This document shows, in pieces, positions 1 to 12,954 of a stretch of DNA of 64,000 nucleotides (positions within the stretch are counted from its first letter, which is position 1; each line of letters opens with the position of its first letter). The position numbers were made by a program, and so were the translations under genes. The stretch is from the human T2T-CHM13v2.0 reference genome, Homo sapiens. The notes beneath the pieces are model-generated. The model saw only the letters and a list, made by a program, of their open reading frames with translations, was not told where the DNA came from and searched no databases. The stretch is from the NCBI RefSeq assembly GCF_009914755.1, contig NC_060926.1; one strand, written 5' to 3'.

Positions 1-186
1 AATCTATTTCCCAGCAGCTTAAGTGAATTCCTCCCTTTTGGCCAAAAAAGCTTCCTCTTACTGGTCGTCACTGGTCACACCTATGGCTTGCCATGGTATA
101 TTCCAGATTGTAATCCTCTTTTCTATTTATCAATAAATTTAACACATTTGGAGATTCTTTTCTGGTATTCTTTTTATAGGTTGACA
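1..186 (+). mobile_element. 3' end of an ERV LTR (ERV1/MER4-group-like), truncated by the window edge
   Basis: AATAAA at ~132 followed by a T-rich U5-like stretch ending AGGTTGACA, a typical LTR terminus. Family not certain. Confidence 0.5.
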
Positions 187-189
187 CAT

Positions 190-660
190 TCAACTGAACT
201 TTGCTGAGTTCCCGTTCATGCTGGAGACATAACAGCAAGCATCTTTCCCCTCAGGCTGCTCCTTGCTGGGATGGTTGAGGAAGGGCAAACGAGGAAATAC
301 ACCTGCACAATAAGGTATGCTCAGTGCCAGGATAGTGTCAGGTCAGGTGCTTTGGTTGTACTAAGAAGGGTCACCCACCCAGTCACAGGAGTCTGTGGCC
401 ATTCTTGGAAGGAATGACAGTCAAGTCAGGGCCCAAAAAATGAGCAGAAGTGAACTTGGCTGGGAACCAGGATGGGCCCAAGAAGAGATGAGGAGTCAGC
501 AGACCATTGCAGGCACACAGCAGAGGGGCAGGTGCACACGAAGTCAGGTAACAAGAATAAGAACGTAGGTGCTTGTGAAACCTCAGCACATCAGTGTGAT
601 GGAGCCAAAAACGGGCAGAGAACTGGATGGGGCACGTTAGGAATGTGGACATTTTATGAA
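190..660 (-). mobile_element. L2 LINE relic
   Basis: Degenerate purine-rich sequence resembling the antisense L2 3' region. Confidence 0.4.
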
Positions 661-1494
661 AGGCAGTAGAAACCTAGAGAGTGACACAATTAGGTGACTC
701 CTCTCTCTTTCAGGGTCCTAGCTGCCTGTTTGTTGCTTCTGTCCTGAAGCTCTGGGTACAACAGCAAGACCCAGATAAATCGAGGCCTGCATGGGAATGC
801 TTTTCTAAGGGTTTCCTAGGCAGGTGTGTGAGGCTCAGGCCAGCCTGGCTCTCCTATGGTTTAATAATGTAGATGAAGGTTTGCTCCAGGAGTGCTGAAT
901 GAAGCAGTGTCTTGAAACCACTGTTGGGTTTCCTTGGATGGGTTTTCATCTTAATAACCATTGTGCATACACATTCAGCCTCAGAGTTCCCTTTGCCATT
1001 ACTATAGGGACCTCAGGGAGGACAAAGCAGGGAGAGAAGAAATGGCTCTGCAAAGTAGCCAAGGCTTTCACGGTAGTGAGCATGAAAGGAGAAAGACCAG
1101 TCGGCTCCCTGAAGCTCCATTTTATCCCGGGCTTTCTTGTTGAGAACTGGGTGGGAACAAGTTTGCCTAAAGCTGCTGTGAGGTTTAGCATATACAAGTC
1201 TCCTTGCAGTGGAATCAGGGCAAAGGATCTCTTTCCCTAAACCTCCTTCTTGGTTTAGGAATGAATGTGCTCTCAGCCACTGGGTAGTCCTTGGCTTCCT
1301 AGATGTGGCTCAGAGAACAGCCAGAACAGGCTGTGAAGGCAGAGCGTCCCCATTCCACAGGAGCAGGGCCTCCATCCAGGGACAGTCGCTGCCTTGGGCC
1401 TGTGCCACTGGGTCTGGGTTCTGCCCTTTGTGGTGATGGAGGTTGTGCTGGATGGTCCACAGTTTTCTCCTAAGAATAGAATTCTGGGCATGGG

Positions 1495-1809
<315 letters not shown>

Positions 1810-3130
1810 CTACTCACGGCTGGTGTGTTGGAAATAGTCCATAACCTCCCGCAATGCACTCCTTACCTGGTGGGGGTGACCAGGTGCTCCCCATGTCCCA
1901 CACCACCCCTCTGAAAATGCAGGAGAGCTAAGCAGGGGAGATGTTAGGACCCCTCCTTACCAGCACTGGTGGATCCACCTGCCTGAAATCAGGTTGATAC
2001 TCCAGTGCTCTTCTGGTGGGGGCCAGAACTGAATTCAGACCTCAAGTTCTAGGCACCATAACAGCCCAGGACCTTGGGGACACACTTACCTACAGGAACC
2101 AAGAAACCCTCTGATCCCCAGAGTTCATACCATAAATTTACTCAGAAGACCTGCAGGGCTGAGCCCAAGTCCAGGGTAGCCACCGCCACGTGCATTTCAC
2201 CTCCTTACCTTGGGTTTCACCACTGTCTTCCCTGTTTCTTTCCCTTGCTACCTGGAATCCATTCCCAAATAAGCTAGCTGCATGTGGGTTTTTGTTTCAG
2301 ATTATACCTCTACTTTTTGAAAATGTCAGTTACTTCTACCTAGGTTTTAGAATTGAGACAAAATTCTACGAGCCTTAGATGGAAGAACTGAAACCCCCAG
2401 CCGACCACAGCCTGGGCGCATTTCCCTGGCTTTGCCTGATGCAAGTTTCCAGTCATCGCACAACTGTGTAGCTGGTAAAGCAGCCCAACCCCTCAATGAC
2501 TTATATAGATGGTGTTCCTCTTTTCCATGAGCAGCAGTGGTGACTTCTCAGAGACTTTGAGAGGCCTGAAGTATATCATGTACTGGTTCACATTTTCTGG
2601 GCCTTCTCTGTGCAAATCTACATTGTGGATGGAAATGGTGGACAGAACTAAGTACCACTCCTGAAGAAACCCATCCTCGTGTCTCAGAGGGCAAAGCCAG
2701 GGCCACATTCAGGCTCATGCCCTCCTCAAGCCCATAGTGCACCTCACCCGGCTGACCTTCACTTCCTGCTGCTCCCTCTGTTCATTCCCTCAGCTCCCTC
2801 CCACTGTGGGTTTTGCCAGTTACTTCCACACTGACGCCCCCACCCCACCAGTCCACATGTGACGGCCATCCAGGCCTCCCACTATCCTTCCCTTCCTAGC
2901 CAGGACCCTGCCCTCTTCTCCAGGTCCCTGCCATTCCCTGACAACATTGTGGGGAAGGATTCCCCAGGCTGGCCCTCTCCACCCTGCACACAGGCTCCGC
3001 CCCAAGGCCAGGATGGAAGTTTCATTGATGTGGTCACATGGTCCCAAGTGATCAGCCCTCTGGGCCTCCCCTACCCCCACGCCTCATGCACACCGCCACC
3101 CTCAAGAGTGGGAAGCCAGGGAACCATCTC

Positions 3131-3146
3131 AGGTCATCTCAGGTCA
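3131..3146 (+). promoter_or_regulatory. Perfect DR4 nuclear receptor element (AGGTCA-tctc-AGGTCA)
   Basis: Exact consensus half-sites with a 4-nt spacer. Motif match only; function untested. Confidence 0.4.
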
Positions 3147-3769
3147 TGCCCATCAGTACCTTCCTTCAAGATGCCCGCGCTGGCTGTAGGAGGGACTTTC
3201 TTCTTGCTAGAGACTTTTTCATGGTTCAGTAAGCATGGCCATTCTTGCCCTATGATGACATCCTTGGATGAGTGCTATGATCAATGTGACATTTCAACGG
3301 TGCCTGACTGCTCACTCTGTGGATGTGGACTGTGGCTGACCCACTGCCAGGCCAACATCAAAGCCTACTCACTGCTCACTTCTACTGCGAAATGGACTCA
3401 ACACAGGCCGTGCAGACTCCGGCGGAGCCTGGGCTTCATCTGGGACAGACTGACTGTGTGGACAGCTGTGAGGCTGTTATGGTGAGGACGTGCCCCTATA
3501 TGCGCAGGAGGCGAGGGGCCACCCTGTTTCCAACCTAGACAAAAGACAGGGCACGCGCACAAAATATAAAATAAGAGCCCTGTTGACATCCCTTCAGCCG
3601 GTCCTCCCAGCCCCATTGTCCAGACCAAGCCCAAGGGGTGGGGGAAGCACAGTGTCCTCAGGGCAGTGGTCTGAGGTGCCTTCTGCCCCTTTCTGGGCTC
3701 TGGGGGGTGCTGGAGGCCTCCTCAGGGTTGCCAGGGCTGGGTGCTGTGCGTGCATGGCTCCTGGGCACC

Positions 3770-4110
3770 TGCTGTGGTTGGAATGCTTGTGCCCCTCCCA
3801 AATTCATGTGGGAACAATCTCCACTGCAAAAGTGTAGCTAGATGAGGCCTTCAGGAGGTGATTAGGTCATGCGGGCTTCTCCCTGTGAGTGAAATGGAGG
3901 CCTTTTAAAAGAGGATTCACACAGCATTGGCCTTTTACCCTTCTATCCTCCACGTGGGAGATGCAGTGCTGAAGGCGCCGTCTTGAAGCAGCAAGCAGCG
4001 CTCACCAGACACCAAACCTGCCCCCAGAACTGTGAGAAATAAATGTCTGTTCTTTATAAATTACCCAGTCTCAAGCATTTTGTTATTGCAGCACAAAACA
4101 GACTAAGACA
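3770..4110 (+). mobile_element. MaLR solo LTR (MSTD/MLT1A-like)
   Basis: Starts TGCTGTGGTTGGAATG and ends GACTAAGACA. Contains ccagaactgtgagaaataaat...ttacccagtctc. 5-bp TSD gcacc/gtgcc. Confidence 0.85.
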
Positions 4111-4419
4111 GTGCCCTTAGGTGGCATGGCTGTTCCCATCACATCAGTCCCCACGTGGAATCCTGCAGCCTCTTTCTCACTTCCCACCAGACAGATTGAC
4201 TTGAGCACACAGGACACAACATTGACTGAAAAAACAAATAGCTGAGTGTTGTAATGGAGTTCAGGCTGTGCAATGCACTGCAAATAATTTAAAACCTGCA
4301 CTCGAGGCCCGGCCTTCATAAGTCATTTTGCCCAGCTCAGGCTGGGGCTGCTCTCCTGCCGTCTGGCGTGGTCTCTCAGCCTCCTGAATCAGTGAGACTC
4401 GGTGCTACAGATTAAGGAG

Positions 4420-4615
4420 GCTCTTCCCTGAGCACCCAGCAGACTGTGGGCAAACCCACTCCCATGTCCTCATTCGTAGTGTGCTCTTCTTCTATTTTCT
4501 CACCCGTCACAATTGTGTTTCTTCTTGTTTTCTTACTTAATTCCTACCTCCTTCACTAGAGGGTCCTTTCTATGACAGCCATCACTAGAGCTGGCTGTCA
4601 GTAAATACACGTTGG
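4420..4615 (+). mobile_element. L2 3' relic
   Basis: Pyrimidine-rich degenerate L2 3' end finishing ...cagtaaatac. Confidence 0.4.
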
Positions 4616-4947
4616 GCACATGTGGCAATCAGTGCCCTTCAGTGTGCCAGGTGAGCCAGTAAAGAAATCTGACCGATGAGGCCGGGACACCATGGAGGAA
4701 GCCGCCATCATACCCAGAAGGGACCAAAAACTTAACTGAGAAGGTGACCCTTCACTCGACTCTTCCCAGAAGAAGGTAAGCATCTGCCACATGGCGCCGG
4801 CAGAGGAGGGGAGGAAGAGAGACGCTGAGAGCTGGGGCCGTCCTCGCAGGTGGAGGCCTGCGTGTGGTCTGGCCCACAGGAGCGTGTCCACCATGGTGGG
4901 GAGGGTGAGGGGTTGGCTGAACACAAGGTGCGAGGGCCTTGTCCTCC

Positions 4948-5110
4948 AGCAGAGTCTGCAATTCCAGCTGCACATTAGAATCATTTGGCGAACTTGGGAA
5001 GCTCAGACTCCCTGATGCCAATCCATCACATCAGGGTTTCTAGGAGTGGGGCTAGCTCGGTATTTTTAAGGCCAAGTGATTCTAAAGGGCAGCCAGGGTT
5101 GGGCTAATGG
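4948..5110. mobile_element. MER5-type hAT-Charlie MITE
   Basis: gctgcacattagaatca...gtgattctaa...cagccagggtt, characteristic of MER5A/B. Confidence 0.6.
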
Positions 5111-6189
5111 GTTTTAATTGAGAAGTGGCGCCATTTGATTTGTAGCTAGGCAGAGTCACTTGGACGGGGCCAAGGGGAGAGCAGAGACTTGAGGCTGGAC
5201 ACCAATTTCTGAAAGCGGCATTTCTGGAAACTACAAAAATAATCTAAGAGACAGGGAGTGAGCAGTTAGAATGAGAAACAGACTTGAGGAAGTAGAATCT
5301 CCTGGGGTGGTGACAGGTGATGAGATGGGGCTGGCAAGAGAGGAACGGGACTTCAGAGCACTGCCCAGGTTTTTCCCTTAAATGGCCAGAAGAAGAGTAG
5401 CATCATTCATTGGGATAGTGCAGGACAAGGGAAAGTTCCGGAGAAGCTGGGATGGCTCTACCTGGTGCAGGCTGATTGGAGGCGTCCTGGGTGGCCTGCA
5501 GGAGATGCCTGGAGGTGGTGGGCCACGTGAGAAAGAAGGCTTAACACACACGTTTTGATTAGGTTCACGTTAAATTGAATTAGTTCAGGAAGTAGAGGAA
5601 ACATTATCTTTGGGCCAAAAATCCCAGCTCGGACATGGATAAGACAGGCACTTTCTGGAGAGGTACCAGAGTCCAGCTCGATTCTGAGGGACTTGGCCTG
5701 GGGAGTCACCCACAGCACCAAATAACAGGGACAAAACAGCAGGGTCCACTGGACGGGTGAGGAATCAGAGCTGGGGCAGACAGCACTGGTGCTAAGTCTG
5801 GGGAAGCACTGTCCTGGGGCGCAGCGGGGCTCTGTCTCTGAGGCAGCATGCTGGGCAGGTGCCCTCCAGGCCAGATGCAATTTGGAGGGCCCTGTGCTCT
5901 CTGGCTCTAAAAAGAGAGACTCCATGTCCACACTTCTGTAAAGGCTCAGCAGTTTTTCTTTTTGATGTAGGGTGGGAAATCAAGCAACCAAGGCTATAGA
6001 ATAGCATTGAGAACAGAAGCAACTAGATTGGAGGGGAAAAAATTCTATTCTCTGACTGGTGAGTAAAACGCATGAAATAGAGTGCATGGTTATTCTTGTG
6101 GCTTTCCTACCTTAAGGGTTTTGTTGCTGCTGTCCTGATCTTCAATGATTTAAAGAGCTGAGAGATCATGTGACATCCAAATAAGTATG

Positions 6190-6975
6190 ATGTTTTTAGC
6201 TGTTTGGGCCATAGGCTGACAGCTGCCCAAAAGACCACTAAAAACTGGTGACTGAGGGCTGGACATGGTGGCTCACACCTGCAATCCCAGCACTTTGGGA
6301 GGCTGAGGCGGGTGGATCACTTGAGTCCAAGAGTATGAAACCAGCCTGGGCAGCATGGCAAGATCCTATCTCTGCAAAAACAATTAGCCAGGCACGGTGG
6401 TGCACATCTGTAGTCCCAGCTACTAGGGAGGCTGAGTTGGGAGGATCATCTGAGCTCAGGAAGTCGAGGCTGCAGTGAGCTGTGATCATGCTGCTGCACT
6501 CCAGCTTGAGCAACAGAGTGAGACCCTGTCTCAAAAAAATAAAAATAAGAAAGCTGACTGGGTAAGGCTGAGTTTATCAAATTATTGCATTAAGGAAGAA
6601 TACTACCTTGACAGAATTCTAGCAACATCTCAAAAAGGAGACCCCTAGGAGGATATCTGTAGGATTTTAGGGTATGAGCCAGATTACTTTAAGCCTGGCC
6701 TTTTGAGGAAAGAAATAGACTAGGATTGGAAAGGATTTTTGCATAACAGATTAGGATCCATGGACACAGACAGGTGAGGGTCTTGAAGTGAGTACTGATG
6801 TATCCAGCAGTTAGTTTGGCAAGGAAGCTGTTGTATTTGCCTCCCAGTCTTACCTTTCAGGAACAAGTGAGTGCTTTCCAAAGCAAAGTAGCTATGTTAT
6901 TTTTGCTTGGTCCAATATCCTTTAGTATAGGCAATAGGAAAGATGTACGTGACAGTTTTCAGATACCATATCTAA
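6190..6975 (-). mobile_element. Ancient LTR relic (ERVL-like) interrupted by an AluJ
   Basis: Reverse complement shows an LTR-like poly(A)-signal/U5 region and resembles 22090-22200. Family not assigned. Confidence 0.35.
6257..6548 (+). mobile_element. AluJ, full length
   Basis: AluJ diagnostics (gggaggatc...gaggctgcagtgagctgtgatc; agaccctgtctc) and an A-rich tail. Confidence 0.93.
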
Positions 6976-7339
6976 CTTTCTAAGAACTTTTCTTCAAATA
7001 ATTAAGATGAAATTAGGAATGCTTTCAAAGTGAAATGCATTCTTCCAGGTAACACATGGTTCCCTGGAACACATTCTTCCAGGTAACATATGCTCGAAAG
7101 CCCTTCACATCCACCCTGTGGGTTAAACAAGGCTGATGTCTTAAACTATTTTGATTTTGTCCTTTTGGCCAAAGAAGCCATACAGACTTGGGTAAATCTG
7201 TCAAAGGTCAAGAGTCTGGTAAGGAATGAGGCCAGTACTGAAGCCAAAGTGTGCTGATTTTTAAGTCGCTGATACCTCTAGCCACGCGCCACTTTGTGTA
7301 AGCGCTATCTCTTGAATAAATCACATTTTCACAAAATCA

Positions 7340-7720
7340 AGATGTAGCTTATTGTGCAACTTCCCAGCACTAGGCATGATGCTAGAGGCTGGTTAAAAAG
7401 AGAGCATAGTTCTGTGTCTCAAGAAGCTAGGAATCTAGTGGGGACAAAAGAATGACAGTACTTGTAACGTGTTCAAAAATGGGCTTTTACTAGACAGGGT
7501 AAGTGTCCATTTGATATTTTGTTTTTGTTTTGTGTGTTTCTTTTGTGGGGAGAAGGGGATGGTTGTGGGGTCCAGCAAAGAGGAGAAGTAGGGAAAATTT
7601 AATAGAGGTTTCAGCTGGAACAGATCCTTAGAGGATGCCTGGAGTTTTTCAAATGAAGAAGGCAGAGACCGAGTGCAGAGGCAGAGTGTACTGGCACGTT
7701 CGGGGCACCACAGAGAGTTC
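7340..7720 (-). mobile_element. L2 relic
   Basis: Degenerate antisense L2 3' motifs (aggcatgatgctagaggctgg...ctcaagaagct...tctagtgggg). Confidence 0.45.
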
Positions 7721-8669
7721 AGGAGTGATCTGCTTCACTTCTATAGATAAAGTTCCCTAATCAGCTCCCCAGCTGTGCAGGGAGGCACTCACTAGCTCCC
7801 TTGCCAAGAATGCCGTCTCTACTCCTTGTGCCCGGTGAGTAGAGGATGATTCATGTGAATCCTGGCATCACTGCAGAAGGATTGCAGAACCATAGCCCTG
7901 TGGAGCCCAGAGCAAAGTGGTCTTTGGGTATCATGTCTGCCATGAGGTTTAGAAGGAGAGGCTGGGTTTAATTGAGCTTGAACTTAATGCTTGAGAAGCC
8001 AGCACATAGCAGGGAATAAGAAAGTCTAAAATCTGAAGATTTAGCACAATGTGAGGGATCAATGGGAGAGAGGCTTCCCAATTTGGGTAGAGGATTGCAG
8101 AACTGGAGCAGGGGCTGCTGCCACATGTGTTCTGAACCCAGCAAGCTCTAGACACCAACCAGTAAGCAGGCCCTGGATCCTGCTAATCATTTGGATGTGA
8201 AATATATCACAGAATCAAAATGACTTTCCCTCAAAATGCATGCTGCTTTAGGCATGCTAAATGTTGTACCGAACGCTGGCATACATAATTCATGTGTCAT
8301 TTACCGTGCCCACACTCTCGAGTGGAATGCATACCAATGAGGCTGCATGGGCTGCTACTTGCCTCGGCTTAGCTGATTTTAGGGATGTTCAAGTGGAATT
8401 AGAGCAGCTCTTTAGAATGCTACCTCACCTAATGGGGTCTGAGAAGGGAGCAATGCAGGAGGGGGCAATGTACAAGCACATTCCAGGAAGCCCTGCTGAG
8501 AAACTTGCCTATAAGAGTTGGCCAACATGAAATATGCTTATGTGAGGGAGGAGGCAGATGAAGAGGAAGATGAGGAGAAAACAGAATCAACGTGATAGTT
8601 TGTTTCATGATCTGCAAGGACTGAGTCTCAGACTAAATCTCTACTCCTGGGGTCATTGAATAACAAGAA

Positions 8670-8860
8670 CACCAATAATACCAACAATCATTCATCAGAT
8701 TTCTACCACGTGCCAAGTATAACATCAGCCTTTCAAAGTAGGTAGAGATTGTTCTCCCCACTTATAGATGGGATTACAAATGCTAAGAAAGATCAAATAA
8801 CTTGTCAATGTACCTACAGTCCATGGCAGGAATTTCAGGCCTCACACACAATACACTGGG
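8670..8860 (-). mobile_element. MIR relic
   Basis: MIR core: ccccacttatagatgggattacaaatgctaagaaagatcaaataacttgtc. Confidence 0.55.
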
Positions 8861-9187
8861 CTTATAGGAAAGGGGCTTGAGTCCTTTTTCCTGCTGGTTT
8901 CTGAGGCCAAGGTATCTGCATGTGCTTATTCCATTGCACATCCAGGTGCCATATACCGTTCTAACCCTTTTGTGAGAAGTATCTTGTTTAATTTTCAAAA
9001 GAACATTATGAAACATACCAAGTTTACAGATGAAAGATTTGACTATTAGGGAATTTAAAAATGTACCCCACCCCAGTACATATGGTAAAAGTCAGGCTTC
9101 TATGCTACATTATTTAACTTGAAGTCTATGTCTATACTACCACATGGACAGTGAATTGTGAAGAAGCTCATTTGAAGGAAGGTTATC

Positions 9188-9399
9188 AGCCTGGCATAGT
9201 GGCTCATGCCTGTAATCTCAGCACTTTGGGAGGCTAAGGTTGGAGGTTCATTTGAGTCCAGGAGTTCAAGACCTGGACAACATAGGGAGATTTCATCTCT
9301 ACAGAAAATTTAAAAATTAGCCAGGTGTGATCCCACCACTGCACTCCAGCCTGAGCAACAGAGCAAGACCCTATCTCAAAATAACATAAAATAAAAATA
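9188..9399 (+). mobile_element. AluJ with an internal deletion in the right arm
   Basis: Left arm intact. Right arm jumps from ccaggtgtga to tcccaccactgcac. TSD aaggaaggttatca at 9175-9188 and 9400-9413. Confidence 0.9.
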
Positions 9400-9475
9400 A
9401 AGGAAGGTTATCATCCCTGTACACATTGCATCACCTGGGAGGTTTTGCAATATTGTTTTAAATATATATAACATA

Positions 9476-9769
9476 GGCCAGGTGTAGTGGCTCACGCCTG
9501 TAATCCCAGCACTTTGGAAGGCCAAGATGAGTGGATCACTTGAGGTCAGGAGTTCAAGACCAGCCTGGTCAACATGGTGAAACCCTGTCTCTACTAAAAA
9601 TACAAAAAATTAGCCAGGTGTGGTGGTATGTGCCTGTAGTCTCAGCTACTCAGGAGGTTGAGGCAGGAGAATTGCTTGAACTCAGGAGGCAGAGGTTGCA
9701 GTGAGCTGAGATCATGTCACTGCATTCCAGCCTGGGTGACAGAGTGAGACTCAGTCCCAATAAATAAAT
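9476..9769 (+). mobile_element. AluSx-like, full length
   Basis: Both arms and a (TAAA)n tail followed by (TG)n. Inserted in the 3' end of an L1MB. Confidence 0.95.
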
Positions 9770-9789
9770 ATATGTGTGTGTGTGTGTGT

Positions 9790-11983
9790 ATACACACACA
9801 AAATTGTACAATTTGTGGCATTAAGTAGACTCACAATGTTGTGCAACCATTACCACTATCCATGTTCAGAACTTTTTCATTACCCTAAACAGAAACTATA
9901 CCCAGTAAACAGTAACTTCCATTCCCCTTCCCCCAACCCCTGGTAACCTCTATTTTACTTTGTTTCTATGAACTTGCCTATTCTATGTACCTCACATCAG
10001 TGGAATAAGACTATACTTGTCATCTTTTTGTATCTTGCTTATTTTACTTAGTATAATGTTTTCAGGGTTTGTTCATGTTGTAGCTTGTATCATAATTTCA
10101 TTTCTTTTTAAGGCTGAGTAATATTCCATTGTATGCATACAGCACATTTTGTTTATGTGTGTTGATGGACCTTGGGTTCTTTTTGACTTTGGGTTATTGT
10201 GAATAATGCTGCTATGAACATTGGTGAACAAGTATTTAGTGGAGACCCTGCTTTCCATTTTTTGGGTGAGACACATAGCAGTGGAATTGCTGGATCATAT
10301 AGTAATCCTACATTGACCTTTCTGAGGAACAGCCAAACTGCTTTCCACCACAGCTGTACCATTCTATATTCCCATCAGAAATTCACCACAGTTCAGATTT
10401 CTCCTGAATGTGTTTCTTTTTTTTAAATAATCCAAATGAGTGTAAAGTGGCATCTCATTGCAGTTTTGATTTGCATTTACCTAATGACTAGTGATACTGA
10501 GCATGTTTTCATGTGCTTATTAGCCATTTGTATTTCTTCTTTGGAGAAATATTTATTCAAGTTATTTGCCTATTTTGAATTGGGTTGTTTGGGTTTTTTA
10601 TTGTTGAATTCTTTATATATGCTAGATATTAATATCTTATTAGATATATAATTTACAAATATTTTCCCATTCTGTGAATTGCCTTTTCACCCTCTTGATA
10701 GTGTTCTCTGATGCACAACAAATTTTAATTTTGATGAAATACGACTTATATATTGTTTTCTTCTGTTGCCTGAGCGTTTGGTGTCATATCCAAGAAATTA
10801 TTGCCGAGTCCAATGTCATGAAGTTTTTCCCCTATGTTTTCTTCTAAGGGTTTTATAAGTTTAGCTCTTATGTTTAGGTCTCTAATCCATTTTGAGTTAA
10901 TTTTTGCATATGTTAGAATGTAAGAGTCCAGCATCAATATTTTGCATGTGTATATCCAGTTTTCCCAGCGCCAGTTTTGATAAAACTGTTCTTTTCCTCC
11001 ATTGAAGAGTTTTGATGCCCTTGTCAAAAATCCGTTGACAAGGATTTCTTCCTGGGCTGTCTATTCTATTACATTGATCTATATGCCTGTACTTATGCCA
11101 GTAATACACTCTTTTGATTACAGTAGGTTTTTAATAAGTTTTGAAATAAGGAAGTGTGAGTCTTCCAACTTTGTTCTTTCTTTCCAATATTGTTTTGGCT
11201 GTTTGGGTTCCACTGAGATTCCATATAAACTTTAAGATGGGTTTTTCTATTTCTATAAAAAAGTGTTGTTTGGATTTTGATAGGATTGCAATAAATCTAT
11301 ACTTTTACTTGATAGTATTGTCACCTTAACAGTAAGTCTTTCAATCCATGGATTGAAACACAGAATGTGTTTCCATTTATGTATGCCTTCCTCAGTTTCT
11401 TTCAGCAATGTTTTGGCCTTTTCTGTGTGCAACTCTTTAACCTTGCTTAAATTGATTGGTACATATTTTATTATTTTTAATGCTACAGTAAATTTAATTG
11501 TTTTTAACTTCCTTTTTTGGACTATTGATTGCTAGTGTATAGAAGTTGACAGACTTTTGCATGTTGATTTTGTATCCTACAACTTTGCTTAATTTCTTTA
11601 TTAGCTCTAATAGTTGCTTTGTGGAACCCTTAGAGTCTACATATAAGATCGTGTCATCTTCAAACAAAAATAATTCTACTTCTTCCTTTCTAGTTTATGT
11701 GTCTTTTATTTATTTTTCTTGCCTAGTTAGTATACGACTTCCAATACTCTGATGAATAGAAATGGCAAAATTGAGCATGCTTGTTCCTAGTTTTAGGGAA
11801 AAGCTCTCAGTCTTTCATCAAGGAGTATGATGTTAGCTGTGAGTTTTCATAGATGGCCTTTAACATGTTGAGAAAGTTGCCTTCTAGTCCTAGTTTATTG
11901 AATGTAAAGGAATTGAATTTTACCAAATGCCTTTTCAGCATCAATTAAGATAATCATGTTGTTTTTCACCCTATGTTCTATTA
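9790..11983 (-). mobile_element. L1MB (L1MB3-5-like) 3' UTR and ORF2 3' half
   Basis: ORF fragments such as [20 protein letters not shown] and MEYYSALKRNE, plus the L1MB 3' UTR motif aatgttgtgcaaccattaccactatc. Confidence 0.9.
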
Positions 11984-12950
11984 TGTATAGTTCAATTCCA
12001 GTATACCTATATGAACATTTCAGAAGCATTAACCTGTTGCCCTGTTAACTTATACCACTGTGGGAAAGAAGTGAACAACAAGCATGCAGTACTTACCAGC
12101 AGTGTCTTTTGTACTTAGCCTCACAGTCCCCATTCATTTCCAAAGTTACTTAGGTTAGCACCTTTTTCTCTTACCTCCTTTATTGAGGTCACTTTATACA
12201 CTTATAATAGATATTTTCTTTCTCATAGTCGACTTTCCACCCTGGGATCTGCTGATATTTTAAAAATTAATTCCTCCTAAATTATTTTTTAAAAATTTGT
12301 ATACATTAAGTTTTACTCTCTATGCTGTTAAAGTTCTAAGGTTTTTAAAAAATGCATAATGTTATGTTTTTACCAATACAGCATCATACAGAATAGTTTC
12401 TCTGCCCTAAAAAAATCCCCTGTGTTGCATCTATTCAACCCTCTCTTCTCCTCAAACTGGTGGCACCCACTTATCTGTTTACTTTCTCTATAGTTTTGTC
12501 TTTTCCAGCATGCCATATAAATGGAATAATAAAGAAAGTAGCCTTTTCAAAGACTGGCTTCTTTCACTTAACAACATGCACTTAACACTTATCTGCCTCT
12601 TTGTATGGCTTGAAATCTTATTCCTTTTCATTGTTGAATAGTACATGTGTATAGATAGAACCACATGTATGGATATACCACAGTCTGATTGTCCATTTAC
12701 CTGTTGAATCTTAGTGCTTTCAGTATTAATAAAGGTGCTATAAATATTCAAGTATGGGTTTTTGTGTTTTCAAATCATTTAGGTGAATACCTAGGAGTGT
12801 CATTGCTGGATCTTATGATAAGACTTTGTGTAGCTTTGTAAGAAAGTGCCAAACTGTCTTCCACTGAGGCTGGGCAATGAATGAGAGTTTCTGTTGCTCT
12901 GCATTCTCGCTAGCAATTAGTATTGTCAGGTTTTTTTTTTAACTTATATT
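11984..12950 (-). mobile_element. L1MC3-like ORF2 end/3' UTR (inverted piece of the element continuing at 14361)
   Basis: Reverse complement reads ...cccacagtggtataagttaac...tatactggaattgaac, the L1MC 3' UTR segment that precedes the sequence at 14363. Confidence 0.75.
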
Positions 12951-12954
12951 TTTA

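Noticed and set aside
2859-3485. 208-aa ORF, the longest in the track
   Set aside because: Starts at GTG, is Pro/Ser-rich with no recognisable domain, and overlaps other ORFs on both strands; typical chance ORF in GC-rich DNA.
5458-5931. 157-aa minus-strand ORF
   Set aside because: No recognisable homology or exon structure.
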